NCBI GenBank assembly: GCA_963730605.1
Contig: CAVSSM010000001.1
Span: 192,001 to 256,000 of the forward strand
Reading direction: 5' to 3'
Source: an uncultured Chlamydiae bacterium
Lineage (GTDB): Bacteria > Chlamydiota > Chlamydiia > Chlamydiales > SM23-39
Length of the DNA stretch: 64,000 bases
How positions within the stretch are numbered: position 1 is the stretch's first letter; every line of letters begins with the position of its first letter. Positions 52,053 to 64,000 of this stretch are shown here, in pieces. Under the pieces are notes generated by a model. The model saw only the letters and a list, made by a program, of their open reading frames with translations. It ran no database searches and had not been told where the DNA came from. Made by a program: the position numbers and the translations under genes.

Positions 52053-52823
52053 TCATAGGATTCCGCTTTGTCTCTTCCTTAACGAATCTGCCGCTTCATC
52101 GAACAGCATCTGGCCCTTTCCGATAGTCCGGGTCAGATTTTCCTTAGTAAAGACTTCAGCTATTGGGCCGCAGGCAATAAGCCGTGTGTTGAGGAGAAGG
52201 ACCCATTCGAAATATTCCTCGACAGTCGTTAGATCGTGGTGTACAACCAGAATCGTCTTGCCTTTCCTTCTTTGCGCTCTCAAAATTTCCATGATCGCTT
52301 TTTCGGTCCCCATGTCGACGCCGGCAAAAGGTTCGTCTAAGAGGAAAAGATCGGCGTCCTGCACGAGAGCGCGGGCGATGAAAAGGCGCTGCTGCTGTCC
52401 GCCCGAAAGCTGGCTGATCTGCCGTTTTGCCAAGGGGAGCATCCCGACAAGCTCGAGCGCGTTTGCAGCCGCTTCCCTGTCCGCCTTGCGCACGCGGCCA
52501 AAAAGCCCCAAGCGGCCGTAGCGGCCCATCAGCACGACCTCTTCAGCCGTGATCGGAAAATCCCAGTCGATGGACTCCCTCTGCGGCACATAGGCAATCT
52601 TTTGCCGCACATCGGAGACCAAATTGCCTCCCAGTAAATCGATTTTCCCCGAAAGAGGTTTGACAAGCCCCAAAATCGCTTTGAACAAAGTGCTCTTTCC
52701 CGCCCCGTTGGGTCCGAGCATACCTACGATACAGCCTTTTGGAATTTTAAAACTGACGTCCCACAAAACTGCCGTCTTTCCATAGTTTACATGTAGGGAT
52801 TCGGCTTCGATTGCAACATCCAT
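52053..52823 (-). CDS. ytgB: Metal ABC transporter ATP-binding protein (YtgB/TroB)
   Basis: [27 protein letters not shown]. Confidence 0.92.
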   Translation of the reverse strand: MDVAIEAESLHVNYGKTAVLWDVSFKIPKGCIVGMLGPNGAGKSTLFKAILGLVKPLSGKIDLLGGNLVSDVRQKIAYVPQRESIDWDFPITAEEVVLMGRYGRLGLFGRVRKADREAAANALELVGMLPLAKRQISQLSGGQQQRLFIARALVQDADLFLLDEPFAGVDMGTEKAIMEILRAQRRKGKTILVVHHDLTTVEEYFEWVLLLNTRLIACGPIAEVFTKENLTRTIGKGQMLFDEAADSLRKRQSGIL

Positions 52824-52827
52824 GTAT

Positions 52828-53790
52828 TTACTCTTGCAAGTGTTTGAATATGACTTCGGCATTGCTGCGGGCCACCTCGAGATAGGGCCGCCCCCCCGTC
52901 GAATCGCCGTAAAGAGCATCTTTGCAAAGCCGTACCTCGAATCCCTGCTCGCGGCACGCGGATGCGATTTTAGCGACCGCATCGCGGCTCACGTTCGATT
53001 CGGGAAATACGACGCTCACCTGATGCTCGCGAAGAAAATCGATCGTGCGCCGAATGTCGGCCGGGTTGAGCTGGCCGTCCGGAGCCAGCCCTTCGGGCGC
53101 GGTGAACCGTCTCGGCCAATCTGCCTCTCCCGCCTCGGCCAAATAACTTCTAACGAAATAGCGAAACGCATCGTGGCTCGTCACAAGAAAACGGCGGCTT
53201 TCCGGAATTTTATGTAAAAGATCCCTCATGTAGATATGCGTGCTTTCCATCTCCTTTTCCAATAAAGCCGCCCGGGCTTGGTAGTACGCCGATCCCTCGG
53301 GGTCCGCGATCGTTAGTTTTTCGGCGATTCGCGCAGCCGCTCTTTGCCATAGCGACACATCCATCCATATGTGGGGGTCGGAAACTCCGTTCCTCTCCAA
53401 AATTTCATCAGGCGCTACCCTGCGGATCTCATCGCCTAGAGCCGCCGCTTTCGGACTCGATTTCAGAAGGGCAAAGAGGCCGGCCCCGTGCTCCAGTCCT
53501 AGGCCATTGTATAGGATCAGATCGGCCCTAGAAAACTTCTCCGCATCCCCTTTCACGAGTTCGTAGCTATGGGGGTCCATTTCGCCTGGAACAAGAACTA
53601 AGCTATCGACCCGCTCCCCGCCGACTGCCGCAGCAAGATCTCCGATCTGGGCAATTGTAGAAAGAATTTTTATTTTACCATTTTCACTCATCCATTCTGT
53701 AAGAGGAGATGCAGATTTTTTTTGAGCGCAGGAAACGGTCATCATCACGATGAAGAGGGCCAAAAGAATATTTTTTATTACGGTGGTCAT
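52828..53790 (-). CDS. ytgA: Metal ABC substrate-binding lipoprotein (YtgA/TroA)
   Basis: Lipobox TVSC, DPHSYE, NGLGLEH, DPHIW, TSHDAF. Confidence 0.92.
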   Translation of the reverse strand: MTTVIKNILLALFIVMMTVSCAQKKSASPLTEWMSENGKIKILSTIAQIGDLAAAVGGERVDSLVLVPGEMDPHSYELVKGDAEKFSRADLILYNGLGLEHGAGLFALLKSSPKAAALGDEIRRVAPDEILERNGVSDPHIWMDVSLWQRAAARIAEKLTIADPEGSAYYQARAALLEKEMESTHIYMRDLLHKIPESRRFLVTSHDAFRYFVRSYLAEAGEADWPRRFTAPEGLAPDGQLNPADIRRTIDFLREHQVSVVFPESNVSRDAVAKIASACREQGFEVRLCKDALYGDSTGGRPYLEVARSNAEVIFKHLQE

Positions 53791-54073
53791 ATTTCAATCT
53801 CTATGAATGAAGAATAGAGCTTAACAAAGATGAAAAAAAGAAAAAATGCAAATTCTTGCAAAAAATACAGAGCCTTTATATAATCCCCAATAATTTCCGG
53901 AACCATAGGAGATCGCCGAAGAGGAAATAGAAATTAATTCCATCGGTTAGATCATAAACCTTTTTCCGAACCGGGGTCCCCAAAAACGCATCGTTTTTGG
54001 GGTGGGGAGAAATAGAATTAACAACTCCAGGAGCATGAGGCTCCTCGTTAAATTTAAATTTAGGATGGTATTC

Positions 54074-54607
54074 ATGAGCGTATTAAACAAAGAAACAGAC
54101 ACAAAAGCAATGAAAGGCGCCAAAGATATTGAAGATGTAATAGCCAGGGCGATCAAAAAAGTCAGTGCTAAAAAAGAAAATGAGCTCTGTAAATATCTCC
54201 CTATGAAATCAGGGGGCTATATGCACCACTTCACTTTGAAAAAAATGAAGAACAAACAACCCTCCGAACTGGCCAGCATCATCGAACGCCACGTCGTCCA
54301 GGCTGATAAACCCGCCGTGATCGCTCCAAAGCAAAGAGCCGCCCGGGGATCCCGCAAGCGCCGCGAACACATGAACTTCACGAGGATTCAACTCGAGCGG
54401 ATGCTCAACATTGCCCGTTTGGCCGGCGACAAAGAAATTATTACCATTCTGAGCCCGAGAAAATCGGTTTCGACCTGCAAAAGAGAATTGATCCAATCCA
54501 TCCGCCACAATAAGATCGAATCTGAACTCTGGAACAGCTATGTCGAGTCGATACAGGCTCAGCAGGCGATCCACGCAGATCCATCTCTCGTGCTGAACCA
54601 CAACTAA
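54074..54607 (+). CDS. Conserved chlamydial hypothetical protein (CT066-like)
   Basis: ENELCKYLP..GGYMHHFTLKKMK; position between ytgA and npt1. Confidence 0.78.
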   Translation: MSVLNKETDTKAMKGAKDIEDVIARAIKKVSAKKENELCKYLPMKSGGYMHHFTLKKMKNKQPSELASIIERHVVQADKPAVIAPKQRAARGSRKRREHMNFTRIQLERMLNIARLAGDKEIITILSPRKSVSTCKRELIQSIRHNKIESELWNSYVESIQAQQAIHADPSLVLNHN

Positions 54608-54630
54608 TTTTTTTCCTTCCCTTTAGGCAA

Positions 54631-54665
54631 AATCCCTGAGGTCTCAATAATCTCGGGGTTTTTTT
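54631..54665 (+). terminator. Probable intrinsic terminator
   Basis: CCCTGAG...CTCGGGG followed by a T-run. Confidence 0.55.
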
Positions 54666-54761
54666 CGCTTGCATTTTAAGACGATCGGCGTATGATGTCA
54701 GGTTGGAAAGTTAAAGAGCTATCCAATTAGAAACATTAAGAATTTTTCTGAGGACAAACTG

Positions 54762-56342
54762 ATGTCGCAACCCGCAACGAAAGAATTTGGGAAATGGCGC
54801 TCTCTTCTCTGGCCCATCCACGGTTTCGAGCTGAAGAAGTTTCTGCCCATGTTCTTTCTATTTTTCTTTATCAACTTCAACTACACGATCTTAAGAGACA
54901 CGAAAGACACGCTGATCGTAACGGCGACTGGCGCCGAAACGATCCCCTTCTTGAAATTCTGGGGAGTCGTGCCGGGCGCGATCATTTTCATGCTTATTTT
55001 CACTAAGTTGAGCAATATAGTGAAGCGCGAACACCTCTTCATGGGCCTGATGGCCACCTTCGGCATATTCTTCGGCATTTACGCCCTCGCCCTTTATCCG
55101 AACCGGGAGGCTATTTCCCCGATCGCCATGACGAACTGGATGTATGAGCATTTCCCGCAAGGATTACGCGGAATGATCGGAATGATCCGATACTGGCCCT
55201 CCTCGCTCTTTTACATCATGGCCGAATTGTGGGGCTCCGCTGCCATTTCCCTCCTTTTCTGGGGATTTGCGAACCAGATCACCAAAGTCGCTGAATCGAA
55301 GCGCTTCTACGCCCTTTTTGGAATCGGCGCCAACATCGCTATGTTCCCCTCGGGCATGCTCATCAAAAAATTCGCTAACATCAAAGACACCCTCTCAACT
55401 GGAGTGGATCCATGGGGTGTCACGCTTCTCTATACGATGAGCGCCGTCATGGTCGCTTGCGCCGCCGCGATCGCGATCTATTGGTGGATCAATAAAGAAG
55501 TTTTAACCGATGCCCGTTTCTATGATCCGAACGAGGTCAAAAAAGACAAGAAATCGAAGCCGAAAATGTCGATCAAGGAGAGCATGCTCTACCTTTTGAA
55601 ATCCCCCTACCTCGGCTGTATTGCGATGCTCGTGATCGGGTACGGGATGTCGATCAACCTCGTCGAAGTGACCTGGAAAAAACAGTTGAACATGCAATAT
55701 CCTAACCCGAACGACTATCAGAACTTCATGGGAAGTTTCTCGATGGTTACCGGGGCTTTGACCATCTTCATGATGCTGTTCGTCGGCGGCAACGTGATCA
55801 GGAAGCTCGGTTGGGGAGTTGGAGCTCTTTTTACTCCAGTGATCCTGACAGTCACAGGGCTTGCGTTCTTCACCTTCGTCATTTTCAACGAACAACTCGG
55901 CGGGTTCATCGCAATGTTCGGAACCTCTCCTCTCATGCTGGCTGTCATATTCGGTATGATCCAGAACGTGATGTCGAAGGCGACCAAGTATTCGATGTTC
56001 GACCCGACCAAAGAGATGGCCTACATCCCCCTTGACTCAGAAGTGAAACTCAAGGGAAAGGCCGCGATCGACGTCGTCGGGGCTCGCCTCGGCAAATCGG
56101 GCGGATCGCTCGTTCAGCAGGGCTTGCTGATCTTGTTCAATGCCGCGAGCATTGTTCAGGTGGCGCCTTATATCGCCCTGATTCTCGTTCTTGTATTAGC
56201 TGGGTGGATCGTTGCTGTCCGTGCCCTGAACCGTCGCTTTACCGCCCTTTCAGCTGAAAAGGAGAAAGAAGCTGCGGCTGAAAAAGCAGCTCCTGCGATT
56301 GAGTCCCGCGGAAAAGCGGAAGCCATCACTTCTCACCGCTAA
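54762..56342 (+). CDS. npt1: ATP/ADP translocase (NTT/Tlc family)
   Basis: ELKKFLPM, YTILRDTKD, AELWG, FWGFANQI, KEMAYIPLD, KGKAAIDVVGARLGKSGG. Confidence 0.93.
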   Translation: MSQPATKEFGKWRSLLWPIHGFELKKFLPMFFLFFFINFNYTILRDTKDTLIVTATGAETIPFLKFWGVVPGAIIFMLIFTKLSNIVKREHLFMGLMATFGIFFGIYALALYPNREAISPIAMTNWMYEHFPQGLRGMIGMIRYWPSSLFYIMAELWGSAAISLLFWGFANQITKVAESKRFYALFGIGANIAMFPSGMLIKKFANIKDTLSTGVDPWGVTLLYTMSAVMVACAAAIAIYWWINKEVLTDARFYDPNEVKKDKKSKPKMSIKESMLYLLKSPYLGCIAMLVIGYGMSINLVEVTWKKQLNMQYPNPNDYQNFMGSFSMVTGALTIFMMLFVGGNVIRKLGWGVGALFTPVILTVTGLAFFTFVIFNEQLGGFIAMFGTSPLMLAVIFGMIQNVMSKATKYSMFDPTKEMAYIPLDSEVKLKGKAAIDVVGARLGKSGGSLVQQGLLILFNAASIVQVAPYIALILVLVLAGWIVAVRALNRRFTALSAEKEKEAAAEKAAPAIESRGKAEAITSHR

Positions 56343-56366
56343 TTCGGGCAGTAGAAAAGAAGTGCG

Positions 56367-56397
56367 AAAGGTCTGGCCAAACGCCAGGCCTTTTTTT
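56367..56397 (+). terminator. Intrinsic terminator, possibly bidirectional
   Basis: AAAGGTCTGGC-caaac-GCCAGGCCTTTTTTT. Confidence 0.75.
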
Positions 56398-56410
56398 ATC
56401 CCGAGAAGGC

Positions 56411-57439
56411 TCATGCGCGCTCAGCTAAGCCAACTCTCTTGTAGTGGAGCAGGATGGCGCGGCGAAGCGGGACGTTAAGGCAATTGGAGCGAAACCGGAT
56501 GACCCGCTCTTCGTCGCATTGATACCAGGTTCCATCCCTTTTCAAATAGGCGATGTAATGATCTCCAATCTCGCCATCGGGCCGCAGTTCGACGAAAGAG
56601 TCGAGCTCGTAAGAGACCCCCTCTGAGAAGGCAAAGTAGTGGCACTTTAGAGGGCAAGGGGCGCCTTTGAGCCCAACGAGGATCTCCGGAGGGCTTTCGC
56701 CTATTTTTTTTTTGAATGCCTCTTCGAAACGCTCGCGATCCGAATGCAGATTTTCCGTCCGATAGTGGCAGAGGACATGCCATTCCGGATGGAGGGCCAC
56801 CGGGTGGATCTCTCCCGGCAACTCAAAAAGGCAATGGGGAAACATCGCCTTCATCCATCCGCACAAGATCTCATAGAGTATCGGCTTCCCCTCTAGGAAA
56901 TGAGGAAGAAGTTTCCAAATCAAACAGCGGATGAGTTCCGCGCTATCGGCAGACGATACGGGACGATTTTCTTCCTGGTCCGTATAGTACTGGTCGGCAA
57001 ACTCCCGAAGAGGTTGAAAACTTCTTGGGATCAAAGAAAAGAGATCCCATGACCCGGGCAAAAACAGAAGGAACTGGACAAGGCTGTTGATCCAGTTGTA
57101 GGGTTCGCAGCGGTGCAAACCGATGGGAATCCGTTTTGTTGCGACACGGTGTGAGGGAGGAGGAAGGCGCCGCTTGGCTGGCATCAACTGGATCCGCTCC
57201 TCCCTCTTTTTTTTAGGGAAGCGGAGTGACGAGAGGATGCCGATCACAACCCTTGGAGCGGTCGCCGAAGGAAAAAGGGCCCCGGGTTTTCCCTCCATTG
57301 CTGCCACGATCTGCTGCTGCACTAACGTCTTGATTTTCGAATCGGTGGGCTTTTTAATCTGGCGGAACTGCCAATCCCTCTCTTCCGGGAAAGCATTTGA
57401 CAACGCTAAGATCGACTGGACCGTGAGATCGGCCGGCAT
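56411..57439 (-). CDS. USP (peptidase C19)-like protein with a degenerate Cys box
   Basis: GLHRCEPYNWINSLVQFL; YELDSFVE..GDHYIAYLKRDGTWYQCDEERV..ILLHYKR. Confidence 0.65.
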   Translation of the reverse strand: MPADLTVQSILALSNAFPEERDWQFRQIKKPTDSKIKTLVQQQIVAAMEGKPGALFPSATAPRVVIGILSSLRFPKKKREERIQLMPAKRRLPPPSHRVATKRIPIGLHRCEPYNWINSLVQFLLFLPGSWDLFSLIPRSFQPLREFADQYYTDQEENRPVSSADSAELIRCLIWKLLPHFLEGKPILYEILCGWMKAMFPHCLFELPGEIHPVALHPEWHVLCHYRTENLHSDRERFEEAFKKKIGESPPEILVGLKGAPCPLKCHYFAFSEGVSYELDSFVELRPDGEIGDHYIAYLKRDGTWYQCDEERVIRFRSNCLNVPLRRAILLHYKRVGLAERA

Positions 57440-57556
57440 TTTAAAAAATCCTTATAGTTGAGGTTAAGGGAATTTAAAGCTACGTCAAATTAATGGCAAT
57501 TATTTTTAAAGTCCCTCCCTTGAAAAGATCTGGAGGGTCCATTAATATCCATGGTC

Positions 57557-59366
<1,810 letters not shown>

Positions 59367-59682
59367 AAATTAAATTGAAGAATCGGGCTGCGATGGCGCG
59401 TCCGCTCTGCTCACGTCGCACATCGCAGAACCAGGTAAAGTCTTATCAACTTATACTGTATGTTCGAACGAGTTTGAAATGGATGAAAGGGAGAGTAATA
59501 TAACATATATCGGGAATTCGAGGACTTCCATAGAGCAATCTTCGGGTTCCTGTGCACACTCTCAACTCTTGATCCGGGATCGTCCATAGGCAGAACATTT
59601 GCTTCCCGGATTAGAAACCATTTTCAGGCCGATCGGATCTCCTGTCTATCCATAGAAGCGTTTACTGCAAAAGAATCTAGTA

Positions 59683-60017
59683 ACCTGAGTTTTGGGTTCA
59701 TTTGTCTATCTCGACTTTGTACAATTTTGTGACGGCATCTCCGATAGAATCGCTGGCCCTTTTTTCCTTTTTTTGCTCATAAATAGTGCCTTCGGCTATG
59801 AATTTCGCAAAAAAAGAAAAAAATTGCAGAGCGCTTCCTCTGGATCTGCTCGCCAAAAATTGTACAAAGTCGAGTCTATGAGATTCAAGGATATTTCGAG
59901 CATATTTTTGCGCTTTGGAGCCGAGAGCAATATCGGGACGAGCATCTTGCCGAGGCGAAAAGTCAAAAAGATGCCGAAAGAAATTGAAGCTCAGGCAAAT
60001 GAACCCAAAACTCAGGT
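59683..60017. mobile_element. IS982-like MITE carrying a nested MITE-A
   Basis: ACCTGAGTTTTGGGTTCATTTG / CAAATGAACCCAAAACTCAGGT; 5-bp TSD TAGTA. Confidence 0.85.
59710..59874. mobile_element. MITE-A copy 3 (165 bp)
   Basis: Same TIRs; TSD TCTAT. Confidence 0.92.
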
Positions 60018-60091
60018 TAGTAGCACTGCGATGTGCGACGTGAGCGAAGCGAACACGCCATTGCAGCCCGATTCTTCATTGATTATCTGGA

Positions 60092-61537
60092 TCAGACGTT
60101 ATATGTGCTCGAGCTGACGTCCCCGCCCTTGCCTGTCCAGTTCGTATGGAAAAATTGGCCGCGCGGTTTGTCGGTCCGCTCATAAGTATGGGCGCCGAAA
60201 TAGTCCCGTTGGGCCTGTATTAGGTTCGCAGGCAACCTTGCGCTCCTATAGCCGTCAAAGAAAGATAGCGCGGTGGAAAAACAGGGTAAAGGGATGCCCG
60301 CCAAGGCCCCTTCCGACACCACTTTTCTCCACGAAGGGGCCGCAGAGGTAATTTCTCCAATGAAGAACGGGTCGACGAGTAAACTGGCGAGCTTGGGATT
60401 TTGATCGTAGGCATGCTTGATCTTATTCAAAAACCGGCTCCGGATGATGCAGCCGCCGCGCCACATCAGGGCTACATTTCCGAAATTGAGGTTCCATTTA
60501 TTCTCGTCGGATGCGCTTTGCATCAGCATGAATCCTTGGGCATAGCTGATGATTTTAGAGGCGTAGAGGGCCTTTGCGATGCCGTCGGAATACTCTTTGC
60601 GGCTCTGCATTGGCGGCTGAGGAGGCTCTTTGTATAGGCGGCTTGCCGCTACCCGCTGGTCTTTCAATGATGAGAGGCAGCGAGCAAACACCGCTTCGCC
60701 GATCAAAGTCAGCGGCTGGCCGCGGTCAAGGGCATCGATCCCGGTCCATTTACCTGTCCCTTTTTGACCTGCGACATCCAAAATTTTCTCCAGAAGCGGT
60801 TTTCCGTCCGCATCGAGTTTATTGAAAATATCTGCCGTAATTTCGATGAGATAGCTATCCAAAGCCCCCTGGTTCCACTCAAGAAAGGTTTTGTGAAGTT
60901 CCGAATAGGTAAATTGGGCGCTTTTCAAAAGATCGTACGCTTCGCAAATCAGCTGCATATCGCCGTATTCGATCCCGTTATGGACCATTTTCACATAGTG
61001 GCCCGCCCCTCCGATCCCGACCCAATCGCAGCATGGGGCTCCGTCGTCGGAGCGAGCTGCAATCGCTTGAAAAATGGGTTTCACATGAGGCCAAGCGTCC
61101 GGATTACCGCCGGGCATAATCGATGGGCCATGGCGAGCTCCCTCTTCTCCTCCCGAAATCCCCGTTCCTATAAAGAGGATCCCCTTTTCCTTGAGAGCTT
61201 CGAATCTCCTCTGGCTGTCGGGAAAGTGGCTATTGCCCCCGTCGATGATGATGTCCCCTTTTTCCAAAAGGGGAACGAGTAGGTCGATAAATTCGTCGAC
61301 CGGATCTCCCGCCTTCACCATCAGCATAACCCGCCTTGGGCGTTTGAGAGCCGCCACGAACCCCTTGAGGTCGTGGGAGCCAGAGATCTTTTTGCCTTTG
61401 GCTGGACCTTTGAGAAAATCATCCACCTTGGAAACAGTGCGATTGTAAACCTGGACCACATAGCCGTGGTCTGCCATGTTGAGGACCAAGTTCTGCCCCA
61501 TCACAGCGAGGCCAATCAGCCCGATATCCGCTTGCAT
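60092..61537 (-). CDS. gnd: 6-phosphogluconate dehydrogenase (decarboxylating)
   Basis: GLAVMGQNL, VKMVHNGIEYGDMQ, GQKGTGKW, QAQRDYFGAH. Confidence 0.96.
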   Translation of the reverse strand: MQADIGLIGLAVMGQNLVLNMADHGYVVQVYNRTVSKVDDFLKGPAKGKKISGSHDLKGFVAALKRPRRVMLMVKAGDPVDEFIDLLVPLLEKGDIIIDGGNSHFPDSQRRFEALKEKGILFIGTGISGGEEGARHGPSIMPGGNPDAWPHVKPIFQAIAARSDDGAPCCDWVGIGGAGHYVKMVHNGIEYGDMQLICEAYDLLKSAQFTYSELHKTFLEWNQGALDSYLIEITADIFNKLDADGKPLLEKILDVAGQKGTGKWTGIDALDRGQPLTLIGEAVFARCLSSLKDQRVAASRLYKEPPQPPMQSRKEYSDGIAKALYASKIISYAQGFMLMQSASDENKWNLNFGNVALMWRGGCIIRSRFLNKIKHAYDQNPKLASLLVDPFFIGEITSAAPSWRKVVSEGALAGIPLPCFSTALSFFDGYRSARLPANLIQAQRDYFGAHTYERTDKPRGQFFHTNWTGKGGDVSSSTYNV

Positions 61538-61603
61538 AGTTCCTCTCGTATTTACCTTGAGAGTAAGCGATCTGACCCATTATGATAAAGGACTTGAAAA
61601 AAT

Positions 61604-61676
61604 GTTCTCGTAGCTCAGTGGATAGAGCGGTCGCCTCCTAAGCGACAGGTCGCTGGTTCAACTCCAGCCGAGGACG
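61604..61676 (+). tRNA. tRNA-Arg (anticodon CCT); CCA not encoded
   Basis: Acceptor GTTCTCG/CGAGGAC, D-arm AGCTCAGTGGATAGAGC, anticodon arm GTCGC-CTCCTAA-GCGAC, T-loop GGTTCAACTCC. Confidence 0.95.
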
Positions 61677-61746
61677 AATCTCCGAGAGGGGCGCCTCTAG
61701 GTGCCCTCCTTTATTTGAAGTAGGATAAAAATAGGCAGGCGTAGCG

Positions 61747-62514
61747 ATGTCCCTTTCCCTTATATTTGCAATGTTTTCGTTTTCCTTAGCAATGTCAGTT
61801 TCTCCAGGACCTGTGAATATGATTATTCTTTCATCTGGTGTTGATTATGGTACAAAGAAAACAATCCCTTATGTTTCAGGGGCAACAATAGGCTTTACAT
61901 TGCTATTGCTTTTCGTAGGATTTTTTTAAAAAAATTTATCGAAGCATACCCGTTTCTGCTATCCTTCATTACTATTGCGGGAGTTTTATATATTATTTAC
62001 ATGGGCTATAAAATAGCTGCGTCACATCCTGAAATAAAAGTAAAAAAAGCGGATATTCCTAAATTTTACGAAGGCTTTTTGCTTCAATGGTTAAACCCTA
62101 AAGCATGGATTGCATGTGTATCTGGTGTTTCGATTTCTGAACCTATCCTCCAATTCTTCACGATCCCTTTACGGCACGCTTTTGGGCGCTTTTCGCGCCT
62201 CCGCCCTCGTAAAGATCACCGTCCCGATATTTACTTCGGGCGGTCGACGACGAAAAATCGCCTCAAAATCGACCATAAATGAATCATTAAGAATTGGAGG
62301 ATAGGTTCCTAGACATGAAAGTTCTGGAATTTTTTTAACATTCGTCAGTATCTACTTTGTTGTTTGTTATGCTTCACTGACTATTTGGGCATTTTTGGGG
62401 GAGAAAATTTCTTTTTTATTAAAGAGTCAATTTCGTTTACGTCTCTTTAATATTTTAACCGGCCTATTATTGATTGTAACAGCCATCTACATAGGTTACA
62501 CTCATTTCGCATAA
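61747..62514 (+). pseudogene. LysE/RhtB-family exporter, frameshifted and MITE-interrupted
   Basis: SPGPVNM, LLQWLNPKAW, RLFNILTGLLL; shift at the poly-T near 61921. Confidence 0.82.
62139..62308. mobile_element. MITE (170 bp) inside lysE
   Basis: Perfect 20-bp TIR GAACCTATCCTCCAATTCTT; CT on both flanks (empty site CTAG). Confidence 0.87.
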
Positions 62515-62515
62515 C

Positions 62516-62680
62516 CTCGACTTTGTACAATTTTTGGCGAGCAGATCCAGAGGATTAGCGCTCTGCAATTTTTTTCTTTTTGCGAAATTCATAGCCGAAG
62601 GCACTATTTATGAGCAAAAAAAGGAAAAAAGGGCCAGCGATTCTCTCGGAGATGCCGTCACAAAATTGTACAAAGTCGAG
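62516..62680. mobile_element. MITE-A copy 4 (165 bp)
   Basis: Same TIRs; TSD ATAAC containing the lysE TAA. Confidence 0.92.
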
Positions 62681-62827
62681 ATAACCAGAAAAGTCGTTGA
62701 ACAGATCAGCGCAAGAGGAAAATGCTAGACAAGGGCCAAAAAGCCTCTTAACTAAAAAGCTTCTTAACAAGGATCAGCGCAGAGAAAAATCTTGAGAGCC
62801 AAAATTTACAAGCGTAACCCCTCAGCA

Positions 62828-63883
62828 TCATAGCTCTTGTATGCCTCGAAAAATCGCAACTGCCAGAAGAGCGCACAGAACGATTCGAGGTATTGCATCT
62901 CTTATGCGAACCCTGTTTTCCTCTCTGAGATGCTGTTCCTGGAGCGGACGCTCCTGGTGCAATGCAATACGATGGCGCGCCTCGTCGATGAATCTATACG
63001 TACGGTCTCTCCAGTCTAGATTTTCAATCTCACGAGCGATAGGTGTAAATTCTTCCACGGTTAGTCCGCTGTTGCTGCGCGCCTCGACAAGGATGCCCAG
63101 CGTACTGTCCCTCAAGTATGGATGTTCAATCTGACCAGCGATACGTAAAATTTCTTCTACGGACATGTCCAGCAGCAAGTGACGTTTTCTTTTTAATACA
63201 CTTTCTTCTAGCTCTTGTCGGATGGCCCGATCAGGGATCAAATGAACGATTTGTAAAGCTTCCTCGATGGTTAGGTTTTTGCGAAACGCAACGGACTTTA
63301 GCACTGCGCTCCTGATCTCGTTTGGAAGGCGGCGAGCAATTTTTAACACTTTGACGAAAGGCACTTCTCGCCTTAAGAGGATTGAGCAGAATGCCCTCTC
63401 TTGATACGACGATCCATATGGAAGGGTTTGTGCGAGGATACATGCTTTTTCAAAATCTCCTTCCATGATTGCGATTGTTTCAAGATTTGCTATCTCGGAT
63501 CTGTGCATAGCGACATCCAGTCTTAGCAATACTGTTGCATCATTCATATCGGAGTAGAGTATCAGAGGTTGCTTTTCAAGGGAATTTGTGAGACTTCTGC
63601 TCGATTCTAGGTCGAGTTGCAGTTGCTGCCAGGTTGTTACTACGTGATTCAAAGGCAAATGAATCCCTTGAAATGGGCTGATCCGCATACGATCTTGTTC
63701 GACTCTCGCAAGACGTTCAAAAATACTTACGGGAAAAATATCTCTGCTCATTATCATCCTATGCAAAGTTTGGCAGGCCCGAGAGAACAGACCCAGATCT
63801 TTGCGGGAAAGAAACTTCGCAATGTTGAGCCAGATCTCTTCTGGAAGATAAAAATTCGGGATAACAGTAGGGGTAATAGACAT
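62828..63883 (-). CDS. F-box protein with helical repeats and a C-terminal TM anchor
   Basis: LPEEIWLNIAKFLSRKDLGLFSRACQTLH; repeats of the form L.IA..I.....R; IVLCALLAVAIF. Confidence 0.78.
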   Translation of the reverse strand: MSITPTVIPNFYLPEEIWLNIAKFLSRKDLGLFSRACQTLHRMIMSRDIFPVSIFERLARVEQDRMRISPFQGIHLPLNHVVTTWQQLQLDLESSRSLTNSLEKQPLILYSDMNDATVLLRLDVAMHRSEIANLETIAIMEGDFEKACILAQTLPYGSSYQERAFCSILLRREVPFVKVLKIARRLPNEIRSAVLKSVAFRKNLTIEEALQIVHLIPDRAIRQELEESVLKRKRHLLLDMSVEEILRIAGQIEHPYLRDSTLGILVEARSNSGLTVEEFTPIAREIENLDWRDRTYRFIDEARHRIALHQERPLQEQHLREENRVRIRDAIPRIVLCALLAVAIFRGIQEL

Positions 63884-64000
63884 ATGAAATCTCTTAAATT
63901 TGTTTTTAATTCGTTTGATTATATATCAGAGTGTATTTTAAGTCTATGAGCCTAAAATCGATTATCTTAATGCAGAGCTTCTTGAACCTATCTCTTCAGT

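Larger units (their letters stand above)
59376..60078. repeat. Pair of 53-bp inverted repeats (59376-59428 and 60026-60078), each itself a hairpin
   Basis: TGAAGAATCGGGCTGC(G/A)ATGGCG..GCTCACGTCGCACATCGCAG; 48/53 identical by eye. Confidence 0.85.

Noticed and set aside
62700..62805. Imperfect short direct repeat GATCAGCGCA..GA.AAAT
   Set aside because: Only two degenerate copies with no associated structure.
63984..64000. GAACCTATC matching the start of the lysE-MITE TIR (similar stretch near 8400)
   Set aside because: Only 9 nt match and the window ends; no partner repeat can be verified.

Overview
This is a chromosomal window from an environmental Chlamydiae bacterium (inferred). It holds the conserved chlamydial block rseP-dxr-ytgDCBA-CT066-like-npt1-lepA-gnd, plus hflX/phnP, gltA/mdh/pip, yhhQ/tgt, an EmrAB-TolC efflux operon and tRNA-Arg(CCT). 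These core genes are interleaved with AT-richer accessory segments encoding eukaryote-like or effector-like proteins: a DUF3638 helicase-like giant, two J-like proteins lacking HPD, a USP-like protein lacking the catalytic Cys, an F-box protein and tandem paralogs. The most striking structure not explained by the ORFs is a dense set of miniature palindromic elements (MITEs) from at least six families, with verifiable target-site duplications. A 165-bp family (MITE-A, 4 copies) sits at stop codons in three cases and in one case rebuilds an ATGA translational coupling. A group II intron-like RNA remnant appears to be inserted inside a MITE-A terminal repeat, with a candidate EBS1 matching that repeat. 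The 11.7-20.3 kb island between a glycosyltransferase gene and phnP carries junction scars of repeated tandem duplication. Many core genes (lepA, hflX, pip, yhhQ, EamA) have single-base frameshifts that are most likely assembly errors. No CRISPR array or DGR was seen. All family calls come from motif recognition by eye, not from database searches.
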